Program-made: the position numbers and the translations under genes
The notes under the pieces: model-generated
The model's input: the letters and a program-made list of their open reading frames with translations, nothing else
Told to the model about the DNA's origin: nothing
Database searches by the model: none
Part shown: positions 1 to 9,322 of the stretch, piece by piece
How positions within the stretch are numbered: the stretch's first letter is position 1
Layout: each line of letters starts with the position of its first letter
NCBI GenBank assembly: GCA_030770535.1
Contig: JASVEC010000200.1
Span: forward strand, 1 to 32,518
Direction: 5' to 3'
From: Batkoa obscura
Taxonomy: Eukaryota
Length of the DNA stretch: 32,518 nt

Positions 1-792
1 TGGCCTTTAGCAACTTCATTATCAGCTAATCCAACTACTTCAAGTAATCCTTTTAAAGAATACCATAATCAAGATTATAGTCAAGATCCATGGAGTGCTT
101 TATTGAATCCTGTGGCCAGGAATCAGAGCAAAGGATTAGGAAGGAATGTGTCTACCCCACCACCTGGGTTTTCCAGCAAAACTATAGAAAACCGCATTGA
201 TAATTCAAAAATTTTAAATGATACGCCATGGTTTAACAAACGAAGCTTTGAAATCAATAGTAAAGAAGATAGCACTTTTGATCCTTTTAGTGAGCCTTTA
301 AACCCACAACCTTTTTCATATCAAAATTCAAAGCCTATTACTTCTTCTATTAGTAATCAATCCTTTTCGCCATTTAATCAAAGCAGATCAACCCAAGCTA
401 ATACCACTCAAGCTTACTCTCCATTTCAACCTTCATTAACGCCTCAAACTAGCGTTACCCAATCTTATTCTCCATTTCAGACTTCATTAGCGCCTCACAC
501 TAATGGCACTCGGTCGTATTCTCCCTTTGAGACTCCATTGACAACTCAAGCCACGGGCATTTCTAGTTATTCTTTATTCCCACCACCACCCGGATTCAAA
601 AGAGAAGTAAAAGAAAAGAATGAAGCGTCTAGTTGGTTGGATGAGTTTGATTTTAGTACTCAAATGAATACCCCGATACAAAAAAATACTGATACCTTTA
701 CTACTTCTTTTGATGATGTTTGGGGATTGAATGATTTTTTAAAGCAAAGTGATTCTTCATCAAATAATAATGAAAAGGATGACTCCCAATGA
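1..792 (+). CDS. 3' end (5'-partial) of a protein with a low-complexity S/T/P/Q/F-rich tail
   Basis: Frame 1 is open from base 1 (WPLATSLSANPTTSSNPFKE...) to TGA at 790-792. It contains two PPPGF motifs and a 17-aa internal repeat. It converges on eIF2-alpha. Confidence 0.7.
   Translation, partial: WPLATSLSANPTTSSNPFKEYHNQDYSQDPWSALLNPVARNQSKGLGRNVSTPPPGFSSKTIENRIDNSKILNDTPWFNKRSFEINSKEDSTFDPFSEPLNPQPFSYQNSKPITSSISNQSFSPFNQSRSTQANTTQAYSPFQPSLTPQTSVTQSYSPFQTSLAPHTNGTRSYSPFETPLTTQATGISSYSLFPPPPGFKREVKEKNEASSWLDEFDFSTQMNTPIQKNTDTFTTSFDDVWGLNDFLKQSDSSSNNNEKDDSQ
358..579 (+). repeat. Coding tandem repeat with a 51-nt (17-aa) period, about 4.4 units
   Basis: QSFSPF, QAYSPF, QSYSPF, RSYSPF and SSYSLF start at 358, 409, 460, 511 and 562. 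Confidence 0.8.
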
Positions 793-976
793 TAGTTTTG
801 AATGTTAAATAAAAAATGAATGTTTTTAGTTAAATAGAATTTCATCTATGTTGTTAATTGTTTTTGTTATTATTCTGGTTTTAAAATTCAAACAAATAAT
901 TTAGATTAAATATTAATATTTATTTAGATATATTAAAATTTAACTTAATCTATTCTATTGCCATAAGCGATAAAAT

Positions 977-2202
977 TTATTCTTCATCGGTGATATCAGC
1001 ATCTCCATCAACTTCAGTATTTTCTTTTTCAACACGGGCCATAAGTGCAGCCAACTCTTGTTCATCTGTATCTGAAACAGCTTTAGGCTAATAACGATGA
1101 ATAATGATAGTCAAAGAGTTAAATAAAAGCTTACCTTCATCTTGATTGTAATGTTACCTGAATTCTTTACAAGTATTTCCTCGATTTTGCCAATTGCTTT
1201 TTCTAATACTTCAACACCTTCATTTTTATCAACTGAATTAGTAATCATAACATATAATGGTGGAGCTACCAATTTAATCTAATATATTAAAATTTGAATG
1301 AATTTTATTCTTCTTACTAAAATGAAACTTACTTTGATTTGATTAGACTCATTAGAGCACTCCTCTCCAGCTGTTAATGCAGCTTTGATAGTATCAATAC
1401 CATCATAGCCAAAACAAGTGACTTCAATATCTAACAAAATAATCAATATATTCGTCCTATAACACTAAATTTAAAAAATTTACCTGCTCTGAATTTTGTT
1501 GGTTGAGGTGTAAGTTTGCTGCGGATCTTGTTTAAAAGCTCTTCTTTGATACTAGGTTCAATTTCAAGAGACTCAAATACGGAGTCTGGTTCACTAATAA
1601 TAATTTATTAAAAATAAGCTAATAAATAAACAATAAAACTAGGCGCTTACGTAATGGCTAAACGGAAAGCATCATAAGCATGACCGTATTTTTTGTAAAG
1701 CGGCCAGCCGAATTGTTGATAAAGAGATTCTAAATCAATAGATTTCTTTTCAGCTACATGACGCATAATACTATGAACCTATTAATCATACAAATTAATG
1801 AAAGGTTATAATAACAAATAAATAAATTACAGCTTTTGACTTATTGAACTTTTCTTCAGCCTTAATAACTTCTTCAGGCGACACTCTCCTTTTAGAAAGA
1901 TCAATATAACCTGACAAAAAAAATTCAAGTTAACGCCTATATTCCTCTAAAAAATATATAAAACTACCTTTCTCTTTATCAACACGCATAACTACAACGA
2001 CTTCATTTCTACCAACTCGAATAATCTTTTGCACTGATCTTATACGTTTTCTAGATAACTCTGATAAAAGAACCATACCCTCGATGTTATCATATTCTAA
2101 TAGATTCACGTAAGCTCCAACTTCAGCAATTGATCGCACATTTACCATCACTACTTCATCCACCTCCGGGTATTTATTTTCATACATTCGACAGTTGTTC
2201 AT
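977..2202 (-). CDS. SUI2: Translation initiation factor eIF2 alpha subunit; exons 2202-1968, 1910-1831, 1778-1651, 1593-1484, 1430-1333, 1278-1135, 1087-977
   Basis: [70 protein letters not shown] and [10 protein letters not shown]. Six GT-AG introns keep the frame, and the acidic tail ends at TAA 979-977. Confidence 0.97.
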
Positions 2203-2879
2203 CTTAACTTTTTCTTTTTAATCAAAGTTAATTTTGGTTTAAATTTTCTATCTTTTTTTATTGTGTGATTTTTTTTTGAGTAGTTTGATTGGCTAAAAAC
2301 AAAATTAGCGAAGTTAAAATTTAAGAAAATTGAAAAAATATGAAAATTCATAATAGGCTGATATTTTTCTTGATGTTCTTCATTTATAATCCTATATATG
2401 AACATTATAAACACATAACAGGGTTTTTTACTATTGTTCTATCGATTTTCTTTTTTTTATCTTTTTTTTATCATAAATGGACGATTTGTTAAAGGTTAAA
2501 AAAGGGATTTTAGTATAAAATCCCATTTTTTAAGCTTTAAAAACTATGATATAACCATCTTCATAAATAATGTAACCTTTTTATGTAAATCATGGTAGGA
2601 GTATATAATTGCAATAGTAAAAATTCTGCTGCAAAATAACTAGAATTTTTAGTATAAAAATGGGTTACAATCAAAAAAAACCATACGTTAGGAAAATAGA
2701 AAATAAAAAGCAACACTGCAACCAGCAACTCTGCCATTTTATTATAAAATATTAGGCTATTTATAAAAGTATCAATTAAATTAGTTTTATAAAATAAAAC
2801 AATGTCATTTAAAAATATTTATTTAAATTGTTTGGTAAACTAATACTAAGTTAACTGAACTACTCTATATATTGTAGTT

Positions 2880-2973
2880 CACCAGAAACTTTTTAGTCCT
2901 TTTTACCTTTAGTAAAACATCTTCGAGATTTACTAAATAAAGATAAAAAAGATGAAAAAAGTTTCTGGTGCTG
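2880..2973. mobile_element. ~90-bp foldback element (putative Tc1/mariner-type mini-MITE)
   Basis: CACCAGAAACTTTTT at 2880 pairs with AAAAAGTTTCTGGTG ending at 2970, and imperfect pairing continues to a central TCG loop. The right end reads CTG|TA; the left end is degenerate. Confidence 0.5.
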
Positions 2974-3439
2974 TAAATTATTATTTTCGACTTTATAAAT
3001 TATTGTTTAAATTAATATAAGTAGAACTATAAACATATAATATAAGCTCCTAAGGTCAACTTTTAAAAAATTATATATAAATGTTTGTTAAATACGCTAT
3101 AATAAAAGATAGTATATATTGTTTAACATATTACAATCGATGAATTGTTTGGAATAGAATGATTGTTAACATCAATTGAGCTAAAATTGTAGCACTACAA
3201 TAAAACGGAGAGCAAATATATAAGCAAAATATGAACTTATATGTTGAAGCTTTTACTGAGATATTAAAATGAAGGTATAGTGATTTACTCCTTAAAATTA
3301 CTATTGCACAAGCTACACATAATAAATATTTACATGTTCTACTGAAACTAAGTTATTAGCACATGAGTTATTTGGTTGAATTCATACAGAAAACTACACA
3401 AACATATCCTAAATAAAAACAATATATGTAATACTATTT

Positions 3440-3535
3440 GGGATGTATTTTTGTGTTTAAGAACTTAACTAACAAATTTTCCGCTTAAATAGTACTTAAA
3501 ATGGAAGAAATAATGAAGTCAAAAAAAACACTCCC
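3440..3535 (+). mobile_element. GGGGATGT-MITE copy 1 (TSD ATTT)
   Basis: ATTT|GGGATGTATTTTTG...AAAACACTCCC|ATTT. Confidence 0.85.
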
Positions 3536-3708
3536 ATTTGATGTTTTATACAAAATCTCACAAACTTTTAAGCTTGACTATATAATATTATCAATTATTT
3601 GAAATCCTAGAAATAAAATACTATAAAATTTTATTTTTTAATTTGTAGCTAACATAATTTAATGATAAAAAAGAATGATAACCAAATGAAACGTACAACA
3701 AAAATATA

Positions 3709-5107
3709 TTACACATTAATCCAATCCAACAATCGAACATGTTTTAATAAATAATAATAAAGTTCTTTAATATTGAGTGCAAAAGGTGCAGTGAATAATA
3801 AAGAAGTAGTGTGGAGATATTCAACTTCTATATATTGTACATTGAAAGCAATAGTGTTAGCCTTAATTATTCTAAAATTAGAAAAAAGAGTCAAAAAAAC
3901 AAAGAAAATGATCAAAACTAATAGTGATACAATTAACATCAATTTTTTGCATAAAGTTATATGTAAGTGGGTTATATATTTCACTATATAAATCGATCAT
4001 ATATAAATCTAAATTACCAAACAAGTTAATCATATCGAATATTTAAAAATCTAGTACAAATAATTTGAATATTTTCAATCAATGAAATGGATTTTAATAA
4101 TTTTTTTGTTATACAAAATAAATAAAATCCTTTCAATGTTGGTGCCTTTAAAAATTCATATCAACTGAAGCTTTTGGATAAAAACAATCTAAAGTTACGA
4201 TATTACTCTTTCCGATTGATTTTATATCGTTGGAATCTCCAAAGAGATCCACAAAATACTCATAATTACTTATTAATTAAATGTTTCATTTGATTTAAAT
4301 TATCAAGATATTCAATATTAAAGCAAAGTCTTTGCTAAGAACTCCTTAAATGGGGATGTATTTTTGTATTTAAGAATTTTACTAACAATTTTTCCACTCA
4401 AATAGCGCTTAAAAGATGGAAAAAATGCTGAAGCTAAAAAAACATCCCCAAATATTTAACTTAAATTGGAATTAAAACTTAAATATTTAAATTCAAGTAT
4501 ATTAAGGTCACTTAGAATGAATAGTAATTCAAAATCAAGCCCCGATGGATTAGATATTATTAAGATAAAATTTTGGAAGTTAAAAGCTTTAAATATAAAA
4601 TCTGATGGTCCTATTGTTACATTCAATAGTCTTAATCCAAATTTAACAATATATTCTGTTAATGTACCACTTCCTTTACATTTAATAACTTCAAGCTGAC
4701 TTAGGTATGAAACAAATAAACTTGAACCATTTTTACATCTTTATAGTCATATGAAAATAGTTTTTTTAACTTTAATAGTTTACCCTCAAATTTTGTCTTA
4801 TAATATTTATATATTCTTGAATAATGTATAAATTGAATATTTGGACAACAATCTAAATAATATACCGTATGACCATTTAAATTTATATATTTCATTATAT
4901 CACGCTTTATTTAATAAATCTTTCTTAATAATTCCAATATTTAGGTAATGCATCTTGATTATAAGTGACCAGATCAAATTATATCTGACTACTCTACTTA
5001 TAACATTGAATGGTCTTTAAAAACCTCAATTTGAATAAACCTTTAGGAGACAGTAACTTGACTACATCTTCCAACAGAATATTGATTGATTGATCAAATT
5101 TTACCAC
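3709..5107 (-). pseudogene. Decayed F-box/LRR-like gene interrupted by MITE copy 2
   Basis: The minus strand from 5107 reads GTG-VKFDQSINILLEDVVKLLSPKGLFKLRFL (F-box-like). Later fragments include YYLDCCPNIQFI and LSDLNILEFKYLSF, separated by stops and frameshifts. The 3' boundary is approximate. Confidence 0.4.
4352..4449 (+). mobile_element. GGGGATGT-MITE copy 2 (TSD AAAT), near consensus, 98 bp
   Basis: AAAT|GGGGATGTATTTTTG...AAAAAAACATCCCC|AAAT. Confidence 0.92.
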
Positions 5108-5214
5108 TTTATAATAAAATATTAAAACAGTCAATTTAGTTTGTTTGTGTTTGAATTCATGATGCTTTTAGTAATATTTAGAATGAAGTTCACTCAATAA
5201 ATGCTATCTTTTAA

Positions 5215-5379
5215 CTCCTTGGGTACTAATTTTTTCGAGTAAAAACGTCATCAATAGAATTTTTTTGGTTGACCCTTTGAGTACCAAATATTTTAAAAAT
5301 TCTATTTGATTGGACAACAATTTCTAATCGATTTTATGCTAATTGTATCAGTTTTTTTTGAAATTCGATACCCAAAGGG
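5215..5379. mobile_element. piggyBac-type MITE (TTAA TSD) with a second internal left-end copy at 5273
   Basis: TTAA|CTCCTTGGGTAC...GATACCCAAAGGG|TTAA, plus internal TTGA|CCCTTTGAGTACC. Confidence 0.65.
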
Positions 5380-5665
5380 TTAATTCAATTTAAATTATGC
5401 AATATTCATGATATATTTTGGTTTAAAACTATATACAAAAAGTGCTTATCATAATTTTGATGTATAAAAATTTGATGAGCACTGTTTGTCCACAGTACCC
5501 AATTGATCAACTGGGCTAGCTTGATGAACCAAATCATTATTTGTATCCAAGCAATTAACTATTGTACAATTTATATTTATTGAATACTCACATACCATAA
5601 TTTAGTTGAGCCGCTTAGTGTATCATTTATGTATTTGAAATTTCATAAATGTCTATCAAATATAT

Positions 5666-5764
5666 AAGGGTGTTTTTTTGTTTTATCACTTTTTCCGTTT
5701 TTTAAGTGCTATTTGAGTAGAAAAATTGTTAGTAAAATTCTTGAATACAAAAATATATCCCCCT
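5666..5764 (-). mobile_element. GGGGATGT-MITE copy 3 (degenerate ends, flanks ATAT/ATAT)
   Basis: Reverse complement of the family core (TTTAAGTGCTATTTGAGTAGAAAAATTGTTAGTAAAATTCTT). Confidence 0.85.
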
Positions 5765-5957
5765 ATATTAAATATAAACTGATATATGAATAAAAATACT
5801 TAGCGAGCTGATACAATTTTTTATACAAAGTACTAAACACCAATGAAAGTAAAATATTATATAATAGGGTTAATATCTAAAGTGCTTTAAGGATACTCAA
5901 AACTAAAGATACATAAATTTACAACGATATATTTAATAGTAAAAGTAAACGAACTCT

Positions 5958-6387
5958 TGTGAAATATTGCTTTATCAGCCCCATAATTAATTATAGCATA
6001 ATAATCGCCTAAGCTATTGTGTTCTCGAGTTCAAAGACAATCAATACCATTCTCTTGTTTTGGTTGCCATGAGAGTTTCTATCTTCGTCTCAAAGAATGT
6101 TATCCTCTTGTTTTAGTATCTATACTTGTCAAAGTATAAAAGAGATTTTAGAACATAGTAGCTCGAGGGTTTTTAACTAAATTATTCTCTGATATCTCTT
6201 ACGTTCAATAAAGCCACTAAGCTTTTTTAATAGTATTTTACGTAGATTTTACATTAGTATTGTCTGTTCTATTTGTCTTACATAGTCCATAGTCTATTAC
6301 ATGCTATTCTTCATAATCCAAGTTTATCTTAGCCACATAAACTAAGATCTTTCGACTTAAAGTGTAGTCAACCAGACAATAACTGTT
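5958..6387 (+). mobile_element. Solo-LTR-like dispersed repeat, copy A (3'-truncated)
   Basis: Colinear inverted match to 18678-19104. It starts TGTGAAAT, has an internal TATAAAA (~6135) followed by AATAAA (~6207), and runs into MITE copy 4. Confidence 0.7.
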
Positions 6388-6475
6388 TTTTAGTTTCATA
6401 ACTTTTTCCATTTTTTTAAGCATTATTCGAGCGGAAAAATTGTTAGTAAAATTATTAAGCAAAAAACACATCCCC
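6384..6475 (-). mobile_element. GGGGATGT-MITE copy 4 (one terminus missing, fused to the LTR-like repeat)
   Basis: Family core present; ends ACACATCCCC|ATAT; the left GGGGA is absent. Confidence 0.85.
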
Positions 6476-6633
6476 ATATTATTTATAATTAGAAATATAT
6501 TTACTAACATTTAAGTTATAAAATAGCTTATTTATCATTACTTTATTATATTTATTTTAATTTATTAATATTAATGATATCAGTTATTTTCTATTTAAAC
6601 AAGCTTGAATTCTTAGCTTTTATATATAAAATT

Positions 6634-6731
6634 GGGAAAGTATTTCTGTGTTTAAAAATTTTACTAACAATTTTTCCACTCAAATAATGCTTGAAAGATG
6701 GAAAAGTGATGAAACTAAAAAAGACACTCTC
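6634..6731 (+). mobile_element. GGGGATGT-MITE copy 5 (flanks AATT/ATAT)
   Basis: GGGAAAGTATTTCTG...AAAGACACTCTC, 98 bp. Confidence 0.85.
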
Positions 6732-7719
6732 ATATACTGTTTTATAAACTAGAATTAAAATTAAAATTAAATAATTCAATACCATAGTTTATTAGTAATT
6801 TTTTATCTATTTTAAGAGCTTTAAAAGCTTTAATAATATTTTTATTAGATTTATTTTTCATTATATTACATTTAATAAAAAGAATTTTCAACGTTATTTG
6901 ATTTCATACTTTTTAGCTTATAAACTTATAAATCATAATAAAACTATACTATGTTCGTTTTTTTTCTTTCTAATAAATATCAAATAAAATGAAACTCATT
7001 TAATAGAAAATTAGAACCAATAGTATCAATTTATGCTGCTTTATTCTATTTTTAATTAGCTATTAGTTAATTGAGGATAGGAACACATCTTGCTCTTATC
7101 AAGCTGTTGAAATTAATATCAGGTTTCTGACAAAATATGAAGTTATAGGAAAATGATAAAAGCGGCCTTTTTAAAAAGCACAGTAAATTGACTATTATTT
7201 AATAGTAACCACTTTTTCTAAAGTCATTTCTAAAAGTCAATCTTATCGATTACTTTTATAATCAACCAGAAAGTAACAATAACGTATCAACTTTTTTCTA
7301 AATACTTTTATTCACTATCTCTCATCTTGTAAAAAATTTAAACTTAAATTTAATAACACCATGTCATAAAGAAAGGATAAATAGTCAATGAAATCATTTA
7401 ATTTGATATGATAAAAAACCTTTTGTTTTATTTGATTTATTTTTAAATAGACTTCTAATATATAAAATATAGTTTTAAGGTTTTTTCTATTGAAAAAAAA
7501 GCGAATTTGAAATTGATATTAATTTACTGTCAAAAGTTCATGTATAAATCGTTTTTTTAAAAGGAAGAGTTATATCATTATATTATTTTTCATTTTAACT
7601 TACTATTTTTCTATTTGATTTTAAATTCGTGTCTTGTTATAGTAGTTCAAGTAGATATAGAATATAGTTTAATGATTTGTTATTGACAATAATAAAGTAA
7701 TAAGAATTAGTAAAGGAAT

Positions 7720-7817
7720 GGAGCTGTTTTTTTAACTTCATAACTTTTTCCATTTTTTGAGCGCTATTTAAGCGGAGAGATTGTTAGTAAAATTCTTAAA
7801 TACAAAAATACATTCCC
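7720..7817 (-). mobile_element. GGGGATGT-MITE copy 6 (flanks GAAT/AAAT)
   Basis: GGAGCTGTTTTTTT...CAAAAATACATTCCC, 98 bp. Confidence 0.87.
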
Positions 7818-8281
7818 AAATACTAATAATTCATAAGTTGAAAACTAGTTAAATTTTTAAAAGCTAAAAACTCACAGCCAACTAATTTTGAATTTAAAAA
7901 AATTAGTAAAAAAATGAGGGGAAGCTTTGTAATACTCCCTGAAACAAGTTCTATAAATTAAATCAAATCATTTGTTTAATTTGTTAGAAAAATACTAGAG
8001 ATATTTTTATCAACCCTTAATTTCCTAATATTCATTTAGCATTAATAATTATCAAAAAATAAAGTCAAATGAACGCATCAACCTATTCTAACGAATAATC
8101 AACATAGCAAACTGATAGTAAATTAAATTTCTGTAAGTTCTTAAGGGAAGACTATGATGTCATAATCCATATCCGTTTTTAGACTTAAAAATAAGTAAGT
8201 AATCAAATTTGCTTTTTATTCTCTTAATTTTTTATATAAAAAAACAACAGAACTTTTTATAACCAAATAATTTACTTTGAA

Positions 8282-8881
8282 ATGCCACCAACGACATATA
8301 AATCCCCCCTAAAAGCGAGTTTATCTTTAGATTTAAACTCGGTATCTGGTCACTGTACGATCCATCCCGAGAATTCAATTGAGTTACCATTATCACCTAG
8401 TTTTGATAGTAGCAATTCCACTTTAAATAAAATTTTATCGAATTTTATTAAAAAAGAAATGTTAGCAACCAGTACCAATACAATTGATATGCTAGATTTA
8501 GCTAGTAATAATGTTACTGCAACAATGGAAAGTATGATTGAAAAAAGTAATAGTTTATTATTAAAAAAAGAAAAAAGAAGTTTAAGTCCATTTAATGTGC
8601 TAACGAAAAAAAATTCAGTAACTTCAAAATCAAACTCCCGTCCCCATCGTTTACGTACTCGTACTAATACATTTCATACTACTTTTTCACCTTTTTTGTT
8701 TCTTTCAAGTGGTCAAAGCAAAAGAAATAGTTTAATCAATGAGAATAATAATGAACTTTGTTTTTTTTGTTCGTCCAATTTACCCGAGTTAAAAGAGTGT
8801 TCTAATCAACATAATTTGGAAGATCAATTATTCGTTCAGATGGAAGAATTGGATCATACTTTTGTTGAGATTAGTTATTGA
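8282..8881 (+). CDS. Hypothetical protein, 199 aa, Ser-rich, intronless
   Basis: 600-nt ORF with an AAAATG start context and higher GC than its flanks; no recognisable domain. Confidence 0.6.
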   Translation: MPPTTYKSPLKASLSLDLNSVSGHCTIHPENSIELPLSPSFDSSNSTLNKILSNFIKKEMLATSTNTIDMLDLASNNVTATMESMIEKSNSLLLKKEKRSLSPFNVLTKKNSVTSKSNSRPHRLRTRTNTFHTTFSPFLFLSSGQSKRNSLINENNNELCFFCSSNLPELKECSNQHNLEDQLFVQMEELDHTFVEISY

Positions 8882-9322
8882 AGAAGAGGAAAGGAGAGGG
8901 AGTGTATTTTGGAATGTATTTTTGTTATTTATTTTTTGGACTAGTTTTCATGAATTAAAGTGTATTGATTACCTTTAAATTAAAAATATTTTGTTGATTT
9001 TGATTTTTATAATTTTAATATTGTCTTTGTTTTTACTATTATTAATAATCTAGATATGTTATCACCTTTAATTTTTATAATTTAGAATATTTTTATAATT
9101 ATTAAATAAATTACCCTATTTAATATATATAAAGATTGTAATATTCAATTATTTTAAATATAATGTTTTATATCATTAATAAACCTTTTCAAATGTTTTA
9201 AATTGATAAAAATTGAAATAAACCAATCAAACCCCTTCTATCTTTTGAAAAAGCAGTCTTCTATCTATCAACATGAATTATTTAATTAAAATTTCATTTT
9301 CAAATCTTTATTTTAAAAAAAC

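Noticed and set aside
409..530. YSP repeats as an RNA polymerase II CTD
   Set aside because: The period is 17 aa, not the YSPTSPS heptad.
2199..2414. Small AT-rich ORFs (2199-2414, 3773-3991, 4466-4699, 16889-17074, 30687-30974)
   Set aside because: Their F/I/K/N/L-rich composition is expected from random AT-rich DNA; several lie antisense to the putative pseudogenes.
6591..6785. Short ORFs 6591-6785, 17945-18199 and 6304-6510; the first two share FPSFKxYLSGKI and look like a peptide family
   Set aside because: The similarity is confined to the MITE sequence the ORFs overlap, and other MITE copies break the frame.
8911..8925. GGAATGTATTTTTGT resembling the MITE left end
   Set aside because: Only 15 nt of AT-rich match, with no core or opposite terminus.
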